Part shown: positions 46,549 to 56,223 of the stretch, piece after piece
How the letters are laid out: each line of letters begins with the position of its first letter
Position numbering within the stretch: position 1 is the first letter of the stretch
Source: Candidatus Sumerlaeia bacterium
GTDB lineage: Bacteria; Sumerlaeota; Sumerlaeia; SLMS01; JANRJK01
Direction of reading: 5' to 3'
Assembly (NCBI GenBank): GCA_033764015.1
Contig: JANRJK010000036.1
Location: forward strand, 276,858 to 340,857
DNA length: 64,000 nucleotides
The notes under the pieces: generated by a model
What the model was told of the DNA's origin: nothing
Database searches by the model: none
The model's input: only the letters and a program-made list of their open reading frames with translations
Program-made: the position numbers and the translations under genes

Positions 46549-47633
46549 ACGACGGGCTCGTCCGCGGAGGCGACGGCCATCATCTTCACGCGCAGCTCCT
46601 CCGGATAGTGCGCGCGCTCCAGCGCGATCTCGCCGGTGATCTTCCCCTGCGAGTAGAGCATGAAGAGGAAGTCGTCCATGGTGATCATGCCGTGCTTCAT
46701 GGAGGTCTGGATGATGGAGATGATGCGGTTGGTCTTCGCCTCGCGGACCAGGTTCGCGACGGCGGGCGTGTTGTGGAGCAGTTCGTAGGCGGCGAGGCGT
46801 CCGCGCCCGGAGGCGTTCGGCACGAGCGTCTGCGCGATGATGGTCTTGAGGGCGACGGACAGCACGGAGCGGATCTGCTCCTGCTGGTTCGCGGGGAACG
46901 CGTCGATGATGCGGTCCACGGTGGTGGAGGCGTTGATGGTGTGCAGCGTGCCGAACACCAAGTGGCCCGTTTCCGCCGCGTGGAGGCCCGCTTCCATCGT
47001 TTCCAGGTCGCGCATCTCGCCGACCAGGATCACGTCCGGGTCCTGGCGAAGCGCGCCGCGGAGCGCGTAGGAGAAGGAGGGCGTGTCGACGTGGAGTTCG
47101 CGGTGCGTGACGATCGCCTTCTTGTGCGGGTGGACGTACTCGATCGGGTCCTCGACGGTGATGATGTGGACGTAGCGGTTGGTGTTGATGTAGTCGATCA
47201 TGGTGGCGAGGGTCGTCGTCTTGCCGGAACCGGTGGGGCCGGTGACGATGACGAGTCCGCGGTGCGCGTGGAGCATTTCCGTGATCGACTCCTTGGGCAG
47301 GCCGAGGACGTCGAAGGGGAGCAGGCGCGAGGGGATGAGGCGCATGACGATACCGATGTTGCCCTGGGCCTTGAGGACCGCGCAGCGGAAGCGCGCCTGG
47401 TCGGAGTAGGAGTAGGCGAAGTCGGCGGAGCCGTGCTCCTGGAGCATCTGCTGATAGCGCGGCGGCGTGATTTCGCGCATCAGGCGGTCCATGTCCTCCG
47501 GCGTGAGCGTGTCGGGGTCGATGATGTCGAAGATGCCGTGGAGGCGCATCACGGGGGTCTTGTTCACGCGAAGGTGGAGGTCCGCCGCGTCGCGCTCGAC
47601 GACGATCTTGAGCATCTCGTTGATTTCCATCAT
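46545..47633 (-). CDS. pilT: Type IV pilus retraction ATPase PilT
   Basis: Reads ...GLVIVTGPTGSGKTTTLATMIDYIN...HIITVEDPIEYVH...VGEMRDLETMEAGLHAAETGHLVFGTLHT... Full-length PilT/PilU family. Confidence 0.9.
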   Translation of the reverse strand: MMEINEMLKIVVERDAADLHLRVNKTPVMRLHGIFDIIDPDTLTPEDMDRLMREITPPRYQQMLQEHGSADFAYSYSDQARFRCAVLKAQGNIGIVMRLIPSRLLPFDVLGLPKESITEMLHAHRGLVIVTGPTGSGKTTTLATMIDYINTNRYVHIITVEDPIEYVHPHKKAIVTHRELHVDTPSFSYALRGALRQDPDVILVGEMRDLETMEAGLHAAETGHLVFGTLHTINASTTVDRIIDAFPANQQEQIRSVLSVALKTIIAQTLVPNASGRGRLAAYELLHNTPAVANLVREAKTNRIISIIQTSMKHGMITMDDFLFMLYSQGKITGEIALERAHYPEELRVKMMAVASADEPVV

Positions 47634-47795
47634 GGGCGGAGGACTCCGTTCTTCTAAGTGCCGTGGCGCGCCGCGCGCCGCCGGTGCGGGGGATGGATCG
47701 ATTCAAGGGCGCGCGGCGGCTCCGGTCAACGGGGGAAGGCGGCGCGCCGCCCGCCGAGCTTGCCGCCCCGCCCCCGGCGGTCGGATGGTCGTGCA

Positions 47796-48986
47796 ATGAC
47801 GAAGGAAACGGTCCTCGCCGCGCAGCTCGGCGCCCGCCGGCGCTACGCCGTCCCGCTCGCGCTCGCGTCGCTGGGGGTTCTGGGGGCGTTCCACACCGAC
47901 CTGGCGGGGCGCTTCGCGGGGCGTCCGCTTCCGGGGGGGCTGGGCGCGGCGCTCCGCGCGCACCCCGGGCTGGGGCTGCGGTACTGGTGGGCGCGGCGCC
48001 GGGCTTCGTCGGAGGGCGGACGCCTGGCGGCGCACCTGCGCTTCGGCGGGTTGTTCGCCAGCGCCGCCGCCGAGGACATCCCGGGGCACGCGGCGGTCTA
48101 CGCCTTCCACAGCGCGGCGCTGCCGCTACTGGCGGCGGCGGCGAAGCGCGGAGTCCCGTCGATCCTGGACCAGACGGTGCTGCCGGTCGCCGCGACGCGC
48201 GCCCTCGTCGCGGAGGCGCGCCGCCGGCTCCCCAGCTACGCGTCCGGCGCGACGCCGGAGGTGCCGCCGGAGGCCGCCGAGTTCGACGCGCGCGAGTCGG
48301 CGGAGTGGACAGCCGCCACGGTGGTGGTGTGCGGATCGGAGTTCGTGCGGGAGGAACTCCTGCGGCGGGGCGTGCCGGCGGCGAAGGTGGCCGTGCTCCC
48401 GCATCCGATGCCGGCGCTTACCGCGTCGGAGCGCCCGGCACCGCGGCGGGGGGGTCCGCTCCGGGTGCTGTTCCTCGGCGAAGCGGGCTGGCGGAAGGGC
48501 GCGCCGTTCCTGCTGGAGGCGATGCGCTCCCTGGCGGAAGAGCCCGTGTCGCTGACGCTGGCGGGTGATTGGGGGCTGGAGCTTCCGCCCGCGGAGGCGT
48601 TGCCGCCGAACTGCCGCTGGATCGGGCGCGTTCCCCACGGGGAGGTGCCGGCGCTGCTGGCGGGGCACGACGCGCTTTGCCTGCCGTCGCTGGCGGAGGG
48701 GTCGCCCTCGGCGGTGCTGGAGGCGGCCGCCGCGGGGCTGGCGGTGGTGACGACGGCGAACGCGGGGAGCTGTGTCGAGCATGGACGGACCGGGTTGCTG
48801 GTGCCGGCGATGGACGCAAACCGGCTGGCGGAGGCGCTGGTCGGGTTGGCATCGCGGCCGGATTCGGCGCGGGGGCTCGGGGAGGCGCTGCGAAGCGCGG
48901 CGCCGGGCTTCCACGCCGCCGGGCGCTACGCCGGGGCGCTCGGACAACTCCTGTGCGGGTCATGCGGCTTCCGAAGCATCGCTTGA
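47796..48986 (+). CDS. Glycosyltransferase family 1
   Basis: Trimmed to MTKETVLAAQ... C-terminal ...LRVLFLGEAGWRKGAPFLLEAM...ALCLPSLAEGSPSAVLEAAAAGLAVVTTANAGSCVE... shows the GT1 'E-x7-E' region. It is divergent from pilT. Confidence 0.8.
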   Translation: MTKETVLAAQLGARRRYAVPLALASLGVLGAFHTDLAGRFAGRPLPGGLGAALRAHPGLGLRYWWARRRASSEGGRLAAHLRFGGLFASAAAEDIPGHAAVYAFHSAALPLLAAAAKRGVPSILDQTVLPVAATRALVAEARRRLPSYASGATPEVPPEAAEFDARESAEWTAATVVVCGSEFVREELLRRGVPAAKVAVLPHPMPALTASERPAPRRGGPLRVLFLGEAGWRKGAPFLLEAMRSLAEEPVSLTLAGDWGLELPPAEALPPNCRWIGRVPHGEVPALLAGHDALCLPSLAEGSPSAVLEAAAAGLAVVTTANAGSCVEHGRTGLLVPAMDANRLAEALVGLASRPDSARGLGEALRSAAPGFHAAGRYAGALGQLLCGSCGFRSIA

Positions 48987-49070
48987 CCTAGTGCGGGGGG
49001 CGTGGCACCTCGGCGACCATTCCCCGCAACCCGGCTCGGACATCCACCGGACACCCAGAGGAATTCCCCC

Positions 49071-50228
49071 ATGAAGTCGATTCTCAAGTCACTCCGCACC
49101 GCCGCCGCCGCGGCGGCCGCCATCGCGGCGACCGCGCTCGCCGCGGCGCAGCCCTCGGGCGAGCCCATCGTGTTCGGCGTCGGCGCTCCGCTCACCGGCC
49201 GCAGCGCCGCCTTCGGCACGCAGGTGCGCTACGGCGCCGAAGCGGCCGCCAAGGAGATCAACGCGAAGGGCGGCCTGCTGGGCCGGCCCTTCCAGGTCGA
49301 GATCAAGGACGACTCCTCGACGGCGAACGAGGCCGCCATCGTGGCGCAGTCCTTCGCCGGCAACCCGAAGGTGGCGGCGGTCATCGGCCACTTCAACTCG
49401 GACTGCTCCTCCGCGGCGAAGTCGATCTACTCGAACGCCGGCATCGCGATGATCTCCCCGGCGTCGACGGCGGTCTCGATCACGCAGGGCAGCGACTGGG
49501 TGTTCCGCAACATTTTCAACGACCGCGACCAGGGCTACGCGCTGGCGGACTTCGTGAAGAAGGCGGTGAAGAAGAACAAGGTGGCGGTGCTGTACGAGAA
49601 CGACACCTACGGCAAGGGCCTGCGCGACGACTTCCTGGCGCGCGCGAAGGAGCTGGGCCTCGAGGTGCAGAGCGACCTGTCCTACGAGTCGGACGCGACG
49701 GACTTCCGCCCGCTGCTGCAACAGGTCACGCGCACGAAGCCCGAGGTGCTGGTGGTTTGCGGGCTCTACAAGAGCGGCGGCACCATTTCGCGGCAGGCGC
49801 GCGAAATGCGCATCGCGTCGATGCTGCTCGGCGGCGACGGCATGTTCGACAACGAGCTGGCGAAGATCGGCGGCAAGGCTGCGGAGGGCTTCTTCGCCAG
49901 CGCGCCGTTCGTCATGGAGGGGGCGGGCGAGCGCGCCCAGAAGTTCTCCGACACCGTGAAGGAGCAGTCCGGCGAGCCGGGCAACGCGTGGGCCGCGCTG
50001 GCCTACGACGCGGTGATGATCGCCGCGACGGCGGCGGAGCGCGCCGGGTCGGCGGACCGCAAGGCGATCCGCGACGGCATCGCCGCGATGAACTCGCCGG
50101 AGATCGCCTTCGACGGGATCACCGGCAAGACGTACTTCAACGAGGAGGGCGACACCGTGAAGCGGGTCGTCTTCGCGCAGGTGCAGGACGGCGCCTTCGT
50201 GCTCTCGCCGATCCAGCTCCCCGAGTAA
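49071..50228 (+). CDS. Branched-chain amino acid ABC transporter substrate-binding protein (LivK/LivJ family)
   Basis: Signal peptide MKSILKSLRTAAAAAAAIAATALAAA. Reads ...VFGVGAPLTGRSAAFGTQVRYGAEAAAKEINAKGGLLGRPFQVEIKDD... Type I periplasmic-binding fold (Leu/Ile/Val-binding family). Confidence 0.85.
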   Translation: MKSILKSLRTAAAAAAAIAATALAAAQPSGEPIVFGVGAPLTGRSAAFGTQVRYGAEAAAKEINAKGGLLGRPFQVEIKDDSSTANEAAIVAQSFAGNPKVAAVIGHFNSDCSSAAKSIYSNAGIAMISPASTAVSITQGSDWVFRNIFNDRDQGYALADFVKKAVKKNKVAVLYENDTYGKGLRDDFLARAKELGLEVQSDLSYESDATDFRPLLQQVTRTKPEVLVVCGLYKSGGTISRQAREMRIASMLLGGDGMFDNELAKIGGKAAEGFFASAPFVMEGAGERAQKFSDTVKEQSGEPGNAWAALAYDAVMIAATAAERAGSADRKAIRDGIAAMNSPEIAFDGITGKTYFNEEGDTVKRVVFAQVQDGAFVLSPIQLPE

Positions 50229-50236
50229 GCGGCCGG

Positions 50237-51592
50237 GTGGCACCTTCCGCCGGCGCGGACCCGGCGAACGCAGTCGCGAAGCCCGCGGGAACCAGGCTGA
50301 ACACCGTCTGGTTCCTTTGGGCGTCGCTCGCGCTGCTACTCGTGTTCGTGCTCTACAACGCCGGTTGGGAGCAGGTGCTGTCGTACCTGCTTCTGGGTCT
50401 GCCGCAGGGTTGCATCATCGCGATGATCGCCTTGGGCTACTCGATGGTCTACGGCATCATCCAGCTCATCAATTTCGCACACGGCGAGATCTTCATGCTG
50501 AGCGCGTACCTGACGCTGGCTCTGGTGGTGCCGGCGGACTGGGCGAACGAGCGCTGGGTGCTGGGCATCGCGGCCTTCGCGGCGCTGCTGGCGTTCACGG
50601 TGGGGACGACGGTATTCACGGTGGCGGAGGAGGCGATCCGCAGCGGCTGGCACCGGCTTGCGCTGGCGGTCGCCGCCGGCGCCGCGGCGGGACTCGGGCT
50701 GCACCAGCTCTTCCGCCTGGAGGTGCCGTACTTCCTGGCGGTGGCGATCTCCGCGGTCGTCGCGCCGAGCCTCGGCATCGCCATGGACCGCATCGCGTAC
50801 CGGCCGCTGCGCAGCGCGCCGCGGCTGATTCCGCTCATCACCGCGATCGGCGTCTCGATCTTCCTCGTGAACTTCTCGCAGTTGATGTTCTCGGCGACCG
50901 ACTTCCGGATCCCCGACGACTCGCTGCCGCCGATCCTACAGCCGTACTTCCCCTCCTGGGACGATCCGGAGCCGCAGGGGCTGTGGGAGACGATCACCGT
51001 CACCAAGTCGATCCCGGTGACGGAGACCGTCTCGATCCAGTTCGTCGACGTGATCATCCTGGGCCTGACGCTGGTGATGCTGGGCGGGGTGAACTTTTTC
51101 GTGCAGAAGACGAAGGCGGGCGCGGCGATGCGGGCGTGCGCGCTGGACCAGAACATGGCGCGGCTGGTGGGGATCGACGTGAACCGGACGGTGGCGATGA
51201 CGTTCGCGCTCGGGTCGGCGCTGGCCGCGGTGGCGTCGCCGTTCTACGTGGTGAAGTACGCCTCGATCAGCCCGACGATGGGCTACATCGTCGGGATCCT
51301 GGCGTTCAGCTCGGCAGTGCTGGGGGGGATCGGGAGCATCAAGGGGGCGATGCTGGGCGGGTTCCTGCTGGGGATCATCTACAACCTGGTGCCGCTGTTC
51401 GAGGTGACGGCGGACTGGCCGTTCTTCGAGTGGCTGGCGACGCTGCCGGCGTTCGCGGGCGTCGAGAACTGGAACCTGCTGGCGGGAATCAGCGAGTGGC
51501 GCCTCGGGCTCGCCTACATCTTCATGATGGTGGTGCTGGTGGTGCGGCCGTCGGGGCTGTTCGGCCAGTCGGCGGCGGCGCGGCGCGCCTGA
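50237..51592 (+). CDS. Branched-chain amino acid ABC transporter permease (LivH-like), with an internal insertion
   Basis: Reads ...GYSMVYGIIQLINFAHGEIFMLSAYL...IAYRPLRSAPRLIPLITAIGVSIFL...AAMRACALDQNMARLVGIDVNRTVAMTFALGSALAAV...LGGIGSIKGAMLGGFLLGI. The start is uncertain (GTG near 50237 proposed). The track ORF 49757..51592 is 5'-extended into livK in another frame. Confidence 0.7.
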   Translation: MAPSAGADPANAVAKPAGTRLNTVWFLWASLALLLVFVLYNAGWEQVLSYLLLGLPQGCIIAMIALGYSMVYGIIQLINFAHGEIFMLSAYLTLALVVPADWANERWVLGIAAFAALLAFTVGTTVFTVAEEAIRSGWHRLALAVAAGAAAGLGLHQLFRLEVPYFLAVAISAVVAPSLGIAMDRIAYRPLRSAPRLIPLITAIGVSIFLVNFSQLMFSATDFRIPDDSLPPILQPYFPSWDDPEPQGLWETITVTKSIPVTETVSIQFVDVIILGLTLVMLGGVNFFVQKTKAGAAMRACALDQNMARLVGIDVNRTVAMTFALGSALAAVASPFYVVKYASISPTMGYIVGILAFSSAVLGGIGSIKGAMLGGFLLGIIYNLVPLFEVTADWPFFEWLATLPAFAGVENWNLLAGISEWRLGLAYIFMMVVLVVRPSGLFGQSAAARRA

Positions 51593-51679
51593 TCGACGCG
51601 GTCGCTCGGAAAACGAAACCGGCCCCCGCGATGGGGGCCGGTGTTTTTTCGTCCAGCGCGATCCGCTAGGGAAAAGTGC

Positions 51680-51756
<77 letters not shown>

Positions 51757-51776
51757 GCTGGGGACCCGGTTGCCGG

Positions 51777-51853
51777 TGGTGGGCGAAACAGGATTCGAAC
51801 CTGTGACATCCAGCTTGTAAGGCTGGCGCTCTAACCAACTGAGCTATTCGCCC
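51777..51853 (-). tRNA. tRNA-Val (anticodon TAC)
   Basis: The reverse complement GGGCGAATAGCTCAGTTGGTTAGAGCGCCAGCCTTACAAGCTGGATGTCACAGGTTCGAATCCTGTTTCGCCCACCA has a 7-bp acceptor stem, a CCAGC/GCTGG anticodon stem, a CTTACAA loop and an encoded CCA. Confidence 0.85.
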
Positions 51854-51970
51854 GCGTGCGGCGTTGTCAGTCGCCGCTGCAACCGCGAGTCGATGAGGGT
51901 CCGAATCGGCGTGCCTGCGGTCAAGAGCCAAAAGCAGGCTCCGGTGGAAAAAGTCGCCGTCGCCGCACAC

Positions 51971-53872
51971 TCAATGGGTGGTCCACCCGTCGCGCTTAAG
52001 CGCCGGGTCGCAACGGCTCCAGACGAAGCGTAGGACATCCGATACGAGGAAGGGCTCCCCGGGGACCGCCGCCCGGTCGCGAAGGATGGTGAAGCGCTCG
52101 CCGGCGACCACCACCGCCCTCGGATAGATCCGTTCCGTTGTGGTATCCAGTTGGACGAGCTGGAGCAGGAGACCCTCGGCGGAGTAGCGCGCCAGCACCG
52201 CGTCCTCGCTGGTTCGCGAAGCGAGGTCGGATTGCGTGAACCCCGGGTACTGCCCCTGGTTCGCGAAGAGGAGGACCGGTTCCCCCGAATCGTTGATCGC
52301 GAGGCTTTCCGCGAACCCACCCTCCGGGCGGCTGGTCTGGCGCCTCCACGCGAGTTGGAGGTTGGAATCAAGCGCGAGCAGGAAGATCGCAATCGCTGGG
52401 GGCGCGCCCCCGCTCGGGTCGAAGGCGCCGCGGGTCTGCCCCGTCAGGTAGAAGCGGCCCGCGCCGTCTGTGGCGGAATCGAACGCAAGATCGTCATCGA
52501 CGCTGCCAAGGACTGCCCCCGAGTGGATTGAGCCATCCGCCATTGCACGGGCGACGAAGATGTCGCGCTGGCCTCCGAGGTCTTCGGGCGTCGCAAGGGG
52601 GTAGAGCGATCCAAGCGTGTCGCCGGAAAGCACCCAACCTCCGTCCGGATGTGGCGCGGCGTTGAACAGGCGATCGTCTTCAGCGGATCCGAACTGCGTG
52701 GCGAGGACCTGCGTCCCGTCCGCTGCGCTGTAGACTGCGAGGAAGCAATCGAGGCGTCCGGCGGGGGCGCCAGCAATCCCGCCCTGTGTGAATCCCCCGA
52801 CCGCGAGTAGATCGCCGCCGATGTTCGGGGACACGGCGTAACCGTAGTCGTACCCGGGCCCCGAGAGTTCGCTCGACCAGACCAATCCCGAAGGCGCGAC
52901 ACGCACAACCGCGACCCGGTCTTCGTCGCCGCCGGCGCCGCCTGAGGCCCCAACCGCGAACACGTCCTTTCCCACCGGATCGGCTTGCTTGATCGTCCGC
53001 AGGTAGAGCGGTGCGAGGGACTCCCAGGACGCCGTCTCGGTTCCCGACGGGTCCAACCAGACGATTCGCGACGTGTGGCTGGAGGGGGAGTTGATAACGG
53101 CGCAGACGGATCCGTCGCTCCAACCCACCATGCCTTCGGCGCTTGTGAAGCCGTCCGAGGGCACCAGCGTTTCCTGGTGTGGGACCCTGACCGGGGCACA
53201 GGCGGGGTCCCCACCTTGCGGTGGCAGCGAACCGTCCGGCGGTCGATCAGCGTCGCTGGTGGCGCATCGGATTCCTTCGAGGGTCATGACGCCGGATGAG
53301 TCCAGGGCGCGGGCGCGAATCACGTAGGAGCCTCGGACGGGGACGAACAGATCGATTGATTGGCCGCTGGCGACCACCTCGCCAGTGGGATCGGAGAGCT
53401 CGATGTCCGAAGGCACATTGGCCAAGAGCCGGACCCTAGTGCCGCGCAGCACGTTCACCACTCGGAGTTCGAGGATAGAACCGGTCTCCAGCGGATAGCT
53501 GCCGTCACAAACGATCTGTTGGGCGTGGCAGGGGTCCGCTCCGGGAATCGTAAGCGCCAGCCCCAGGATGAGAGGATCGAGCGTACGTTTCGGAACACAC
53601 GCAGCGGGGCGGGCGAACCAATTGCGGCGCTGTAAAGCCCGTGCCTTGTCCACTCCGCAAGCCGGTTGCGATATCGGATTCAATCTTTGCCACCCTCTCC
53701 GGCGGATGCCACATGCCGACGGTTGATTTCCGGTCCCGACCGGGCAGCTTTCGGGCCATGCCTGTGGGCAGCTCGTGAGTGGGGGGCCACCCCGCCTTGA
53801 CCGCGCCCGCGCCGGCGTGTGCGATGGTGGACCGCCCTTCCGGGCGCGAGCGGAGAAGGCGCCATGGTCCAT
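51971..53872 (-). CDS. Hypothetical secreted protein rich in Gly/Asp beta-propeller-like repeats
   Basis: The C-terminal roughly 560 aa have normal composition with repeated '...DG..L.A..G...GG....G..D.F.A.Y.A.DG...' segments. A probable signal sequence is ...VPKRTLDPLILGLALTIPGADPCHAQQ. The start is ambiguous: the only in-frame ATG (about 53870) overlaps the divergent phosphoesterase start. The distal 1.1 kb of the 1004-aa track ORF is antisense to neighbouring genes. Confidence 0.4.
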   Translation of the reverse strand: MDHGAFSARARKGGPPSHTPARARSRRGGPPLTSCPQAWPESCPVGTGNQPSACGIRRRGWQRLNPISQPACGVDKARALQRRNWFARPAACVPKRTLDPLILGLALTIPGADPCHAQQIVCDGSYPLETGSILELRVVNVLRGTRVRLLANVPSDIELSDPTGEVVASGQSIDLFVPVRGSYVIRARALDSSGVMTLEGIRCATSDADRPPDGSLPPQGGDPACAPVRVPHQETLVPSDGFTSAEGMVGWSDGSVCAVINSPSSHTSRIVWLDPSGTETASWESLAPLYLRTIKQADPVGKDVFAVGASGGAGGDEDRVAVVRVAPSGLVWSSELSGPGYDYGYAVSPNIGGDLLAVGGFTQGGIAGAPAGRLDCFLAVYSAADGTQVLATQFGSAEDDRLFNAAPHPDGGWVLSGDTLGSLYPLATPEDLGGQRDIFVARAMADGSIHSGAVLGSVDDDLAFDSATDGAGRFYLTGQTRGAFDPSGGAPPAIAIFLLALDSNLQLAWRRQTSRPEGGFAESLAINDSGEPVLLFANQGQYPGFTQSDLASRTSEDAVLARYSAEGLLLQLVQLDTTTERIYPRAVVVAGERFTILRDRAAVPGEPFLVSDVLRFVWSRCDPALKRDGWTTH

Positions 53873-54385
53873 CGCTACGGCCTCATCAGCGACACGCACG
53901 GCGCGCTGCATCCGGAAGTGTTCCCGCGCTTCGAGGGCGTGGAGGCGATCCTGCACGCGGGCGACGTTTGCAGCGACTCCATCATCGGGGAGCTGGCCGC
54001 CATCGCGCCGGTGCACGCGGTGGCGGGGAACTGCGACCAGGTCTCCGCGGAGCTGCCGCTGCGGCGCACGGTGGAGTTGCCGTTCGGCCTCGCGGGGATC
54101 GCGCACGGCCACCTGCACGCGGCGAAGGTGGATGAGCGGGTGAAGCAGCTCGCGGAGGCCTTCAAGGCCCCGCGGCTCCGGCTGGTGCTGACGGGGCACA
54201 GCCACGTGGCGCTGAAGCAGCCGGTGGGCGGCGTGCTGGTGGTGAACCCGGGCGCGGCGTGCCCGCCGCGGATGGGCACCTGGCCCAGCGTGGCGCTGCT
54301 GCTTTGGGACGACGCGGCGGACTCGATCGAGGTCGAGTTCTACCAATTGAACTGGAGCAACGTGCCGCGTCCGCGGCGCTGGTAG
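53864..54385 (+). CDS. Metallophosphoesterase (YfcE/MJ0936-like phosphodiesterase)
   Basis: Trimmed to MVHRYGLISDTHGALHPEVFPRF...ILHAGDVCS...GNCD...GHSH... This is the calcineurin-like phosphoesterase motif set D-x-H / GD / GNCD(H) / GH-x-H. Confidence 0.8.
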   Translation: MVHRYGLISDTHGALHPEVFPRFEGVEAILHAGDVCSDSIIGELAAIAPVHAVAGNCDQVSAELPLRRTVELPFGLAGIAHGHLHAAKVDERVKQLAEAFKAPRLRLVLTGHSHVALKQPVGGVLVVNPGAACPPRMGTWPSVALLLWDDAADSIEVEFYQLNWSNVPRPRRW

Positions 54386-54403
54386 GCCCGCGCCGGGAAA
54401 CGG

Positions 54404-55144
54404 TTGCGGCTCCGGCGCGGGCGGGCGCTGATGGTCGCCGCGAAAGGACTCCGCGTGGACACCCTTATCGAACGGCTCCCAGAGTTCCTGCTCTTCTACT
54501 CGGTCCTCCTGTTCTCGCTCTCGTTCCACGAGGCGGCGCACGCGATCTCGGCCAAGTGGGGGGGAGACCACACGGCGGCGTACCAGGGGCGGGTGACGAT
54601 GAACCCGCTGGCGCACATCGACCCGATCGGGACGGTGCTGATGCCGATGCTGATGTTCTTCAGCGGCATCCCGTTCCTGATCGGCTGGGCGAAGCCGGTG
54701 CCGGTGCAGGACCTGAACTTCCGCCGGTCGAACTGGGGGATGATCGTGGCGCTGGCGGGGCCGTTCAGCAACGTGATCCTGGCGTTCTGCGGCGCCTTCG
54801 CGGTGCTGCTCTTCTCCGTGGCGGCGGGGTTCGGGCTGGTGCCCGCCGGATCGAAGGCGGGCGCGGTCGTGATGCAGGGTCTCGAAATCTTCATCCTGAT
54901 GAATTGCGCGCTGGCGGCGTTCAACATGCTGCCGGTGCCGCCGCTGGACGGCTCGCACGTGCTCTGGCACACCGTCGTCAAGCACCGCCCCTCGCTGTAC
55001 CCGCTCTTCGACACGCTGCAGCAGTTCGGCTTCTTCATCCTGATGGCGCTGCTGGCGCTGACGCCGCTCAAGGCGCTACTCTGGGTGGTGATCCAGCTCA
55101 TGCGCCGCGCCGCGCTCTCCCTCACCTCCCTCGGAATCGCCTGA
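54404..55144 (+). CDS. Site-2 protease family (M50) membrane metalloprotease
   Basis: HEAAHAISAKWGG (HExxH within TM1), multiple TM helices, and the LDG motif (LPVPPLDGSHVL) typical of the S2P/RseP-like M50 family. Confidence 0.8.
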   Translation: MRLRRGRALMVAAKGLRVDTLIERLPEFLLFYSVLLFSLSFHEAAHAISAKWGGDHTAAYQGRVTMNPLAHIDPIGTVLMPMLMFFSGIPFLIGWAKPVPVQDLNFRRSNWGMIVALAGPFSNVILAFCGAFAVLLFSVAAGFGLVPAGSKAGAVVMQGLEIFILMNCALAAFNMLPVPPLDGSHVLWHTVVKHRPSLYPLFDTLQQFGFFILMALLALTPLKALLWVVIQLMRRAALSLTSLGIA

Positions 55145-55148
55145 CCCC

Positions 55149-56156
55149 ATGACCGACACCACAACCGCCCGCCCCGTGCTCCTTTCGGGGAGCCGCCCGA
55201 CGGGGCGCCAGCACCTCGGCAACTACATCGGCGCGCTGGTGCAGTGGCTCGACCTGCAGGACAGCCACTCGTGCTTCTTCATGATCGCCGACTGGCACGC
55301 GCTCACATCGACGTACCGCGACACGAGCGAGCTCCCCGCGAACATCCGCAACCAGATGCTGGACTGGCTGGCGATCGGGCTCGATCCGGAGCGCTCCGTG
55401 ATCTTCCTGCAGTCGGCGGTGAAGGAGCACGCGGAGCTGTCGCTGCTGCTGGGCATGTTCGCGCCGCTGGGCCTGATGGAGCGCTGCACGTCGTGGAAGG
55501 ACAACGTGGTCGAGCAGGGCAACGAGCTGCTGCGCACCTACGGGTTCCTGGGCTATCCGTGCCTGCAGGCGGCGGACATCCTGCTGTACGACACGCACGT
55601 GGTGCCGGTCGGCAAGGACCAGGTGGAGCACATCGAGAAGGCGCAGGACCTGGCGGAGCGCGTGAACCACTATTACGGCGGGGTGTTCCGCGTGCCGCAG
55701 TGGCGCCTTTCGCCGCAGGCGCCGGTGCTGCTCGGCAACGACGGGCGGAAGATGTCGAAAAGCTACGGCAACACCATCTTCGTCACGGAGGACCGCGACT
55801 CGGTCCGCGAGAAGGCGATGGTGATGGTGACCGACCCCGCGCGCGTGCGCCGCACGGATCCGGGGGACCCGGAGAAGTGCAGCGTGTGGAGCTACCACAA
55901 GATCTTCACGGACGCCTCGCGCCACGAGGAGATCCAGACGGGCTGCCGCGCGGCGGGCATCGGCTGCCGCGACTGCAAGAAGATCCTGGTGGAGGCGCTG
56001 GAGAAGCGCTTCGACCCGATCCGCGAGCGGCGCGCGACGCTGGAGGCGGACGCCGCCGGCACGCGGGACCTGATCGAGCACGGCAACGCCCGCGCGCGCG
56101 AAGTTGCGCGGGCGACCATGGAGCGCGTCAGGGAAAAGCTTAACCTGAACGGTTGA
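55149..56156 (+). CDS. trpS: Tryptophan--tRNA ligase
   Basis: Reads ...SGSRPTGRQHLGNYIGAL...GKDQVEHIEKAQDLAERVN...KMSKSYGN... The class I HIGH-type (TGRQHLGN) and KMSKS motifs are present. Confidence 0.95.
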   Translation: MTDTTTARPVLLSGSRPTGRQHLGNYIGALVQWLDLQDSHSCFFMIADWHALTSTYRDTSELPANIRNQMLDWLAIGLDPERSVIFLQSAVKEHAELSLLLGMFAPLGLMERCTSWKDNVVEQGNELLRTYGFLGYPCLQAADILLYDTHVVPVGKDQVEHIEKAQDLAERVNHYYGGVFRVPQWRLSPQAPVLLGNDGRKMSKSYGNTIFVTEDRDSVREKAMVMVTDPARVRRTDPGDPEKCSVWSYHKIFTDASRHEEIQTGCRAAGIGCRDCKKILVEALEKRFDPIRERRATLEADAAGTRDLIEHGNARAREVARATMERVREKLNLNG

Positions 56157-56223
56157 GCGGCGGGGCTTGAATAGCCCCGAGGCGCAGCGGTAAGGGAACC
56201 GCAAGCCAACGAGGAGCAACCGC

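Noticed and set aside
44917-47796. 959-aa minus-strand ORF and 519-aa plus-strand ORF (46098..47657) over the DUF2851 and pilT genes
   Set aside because: Antisense to pilT (strong Walker A/B and PilT motifs) and to DUF2851. Composition is low-complexity.
49757-51592. 611-aa plus-strand ORF
   Set aside because: The 5' 160 codons run inside livK in a different frame (Arg-rich). Only the distal LivH-like portion is genuine.
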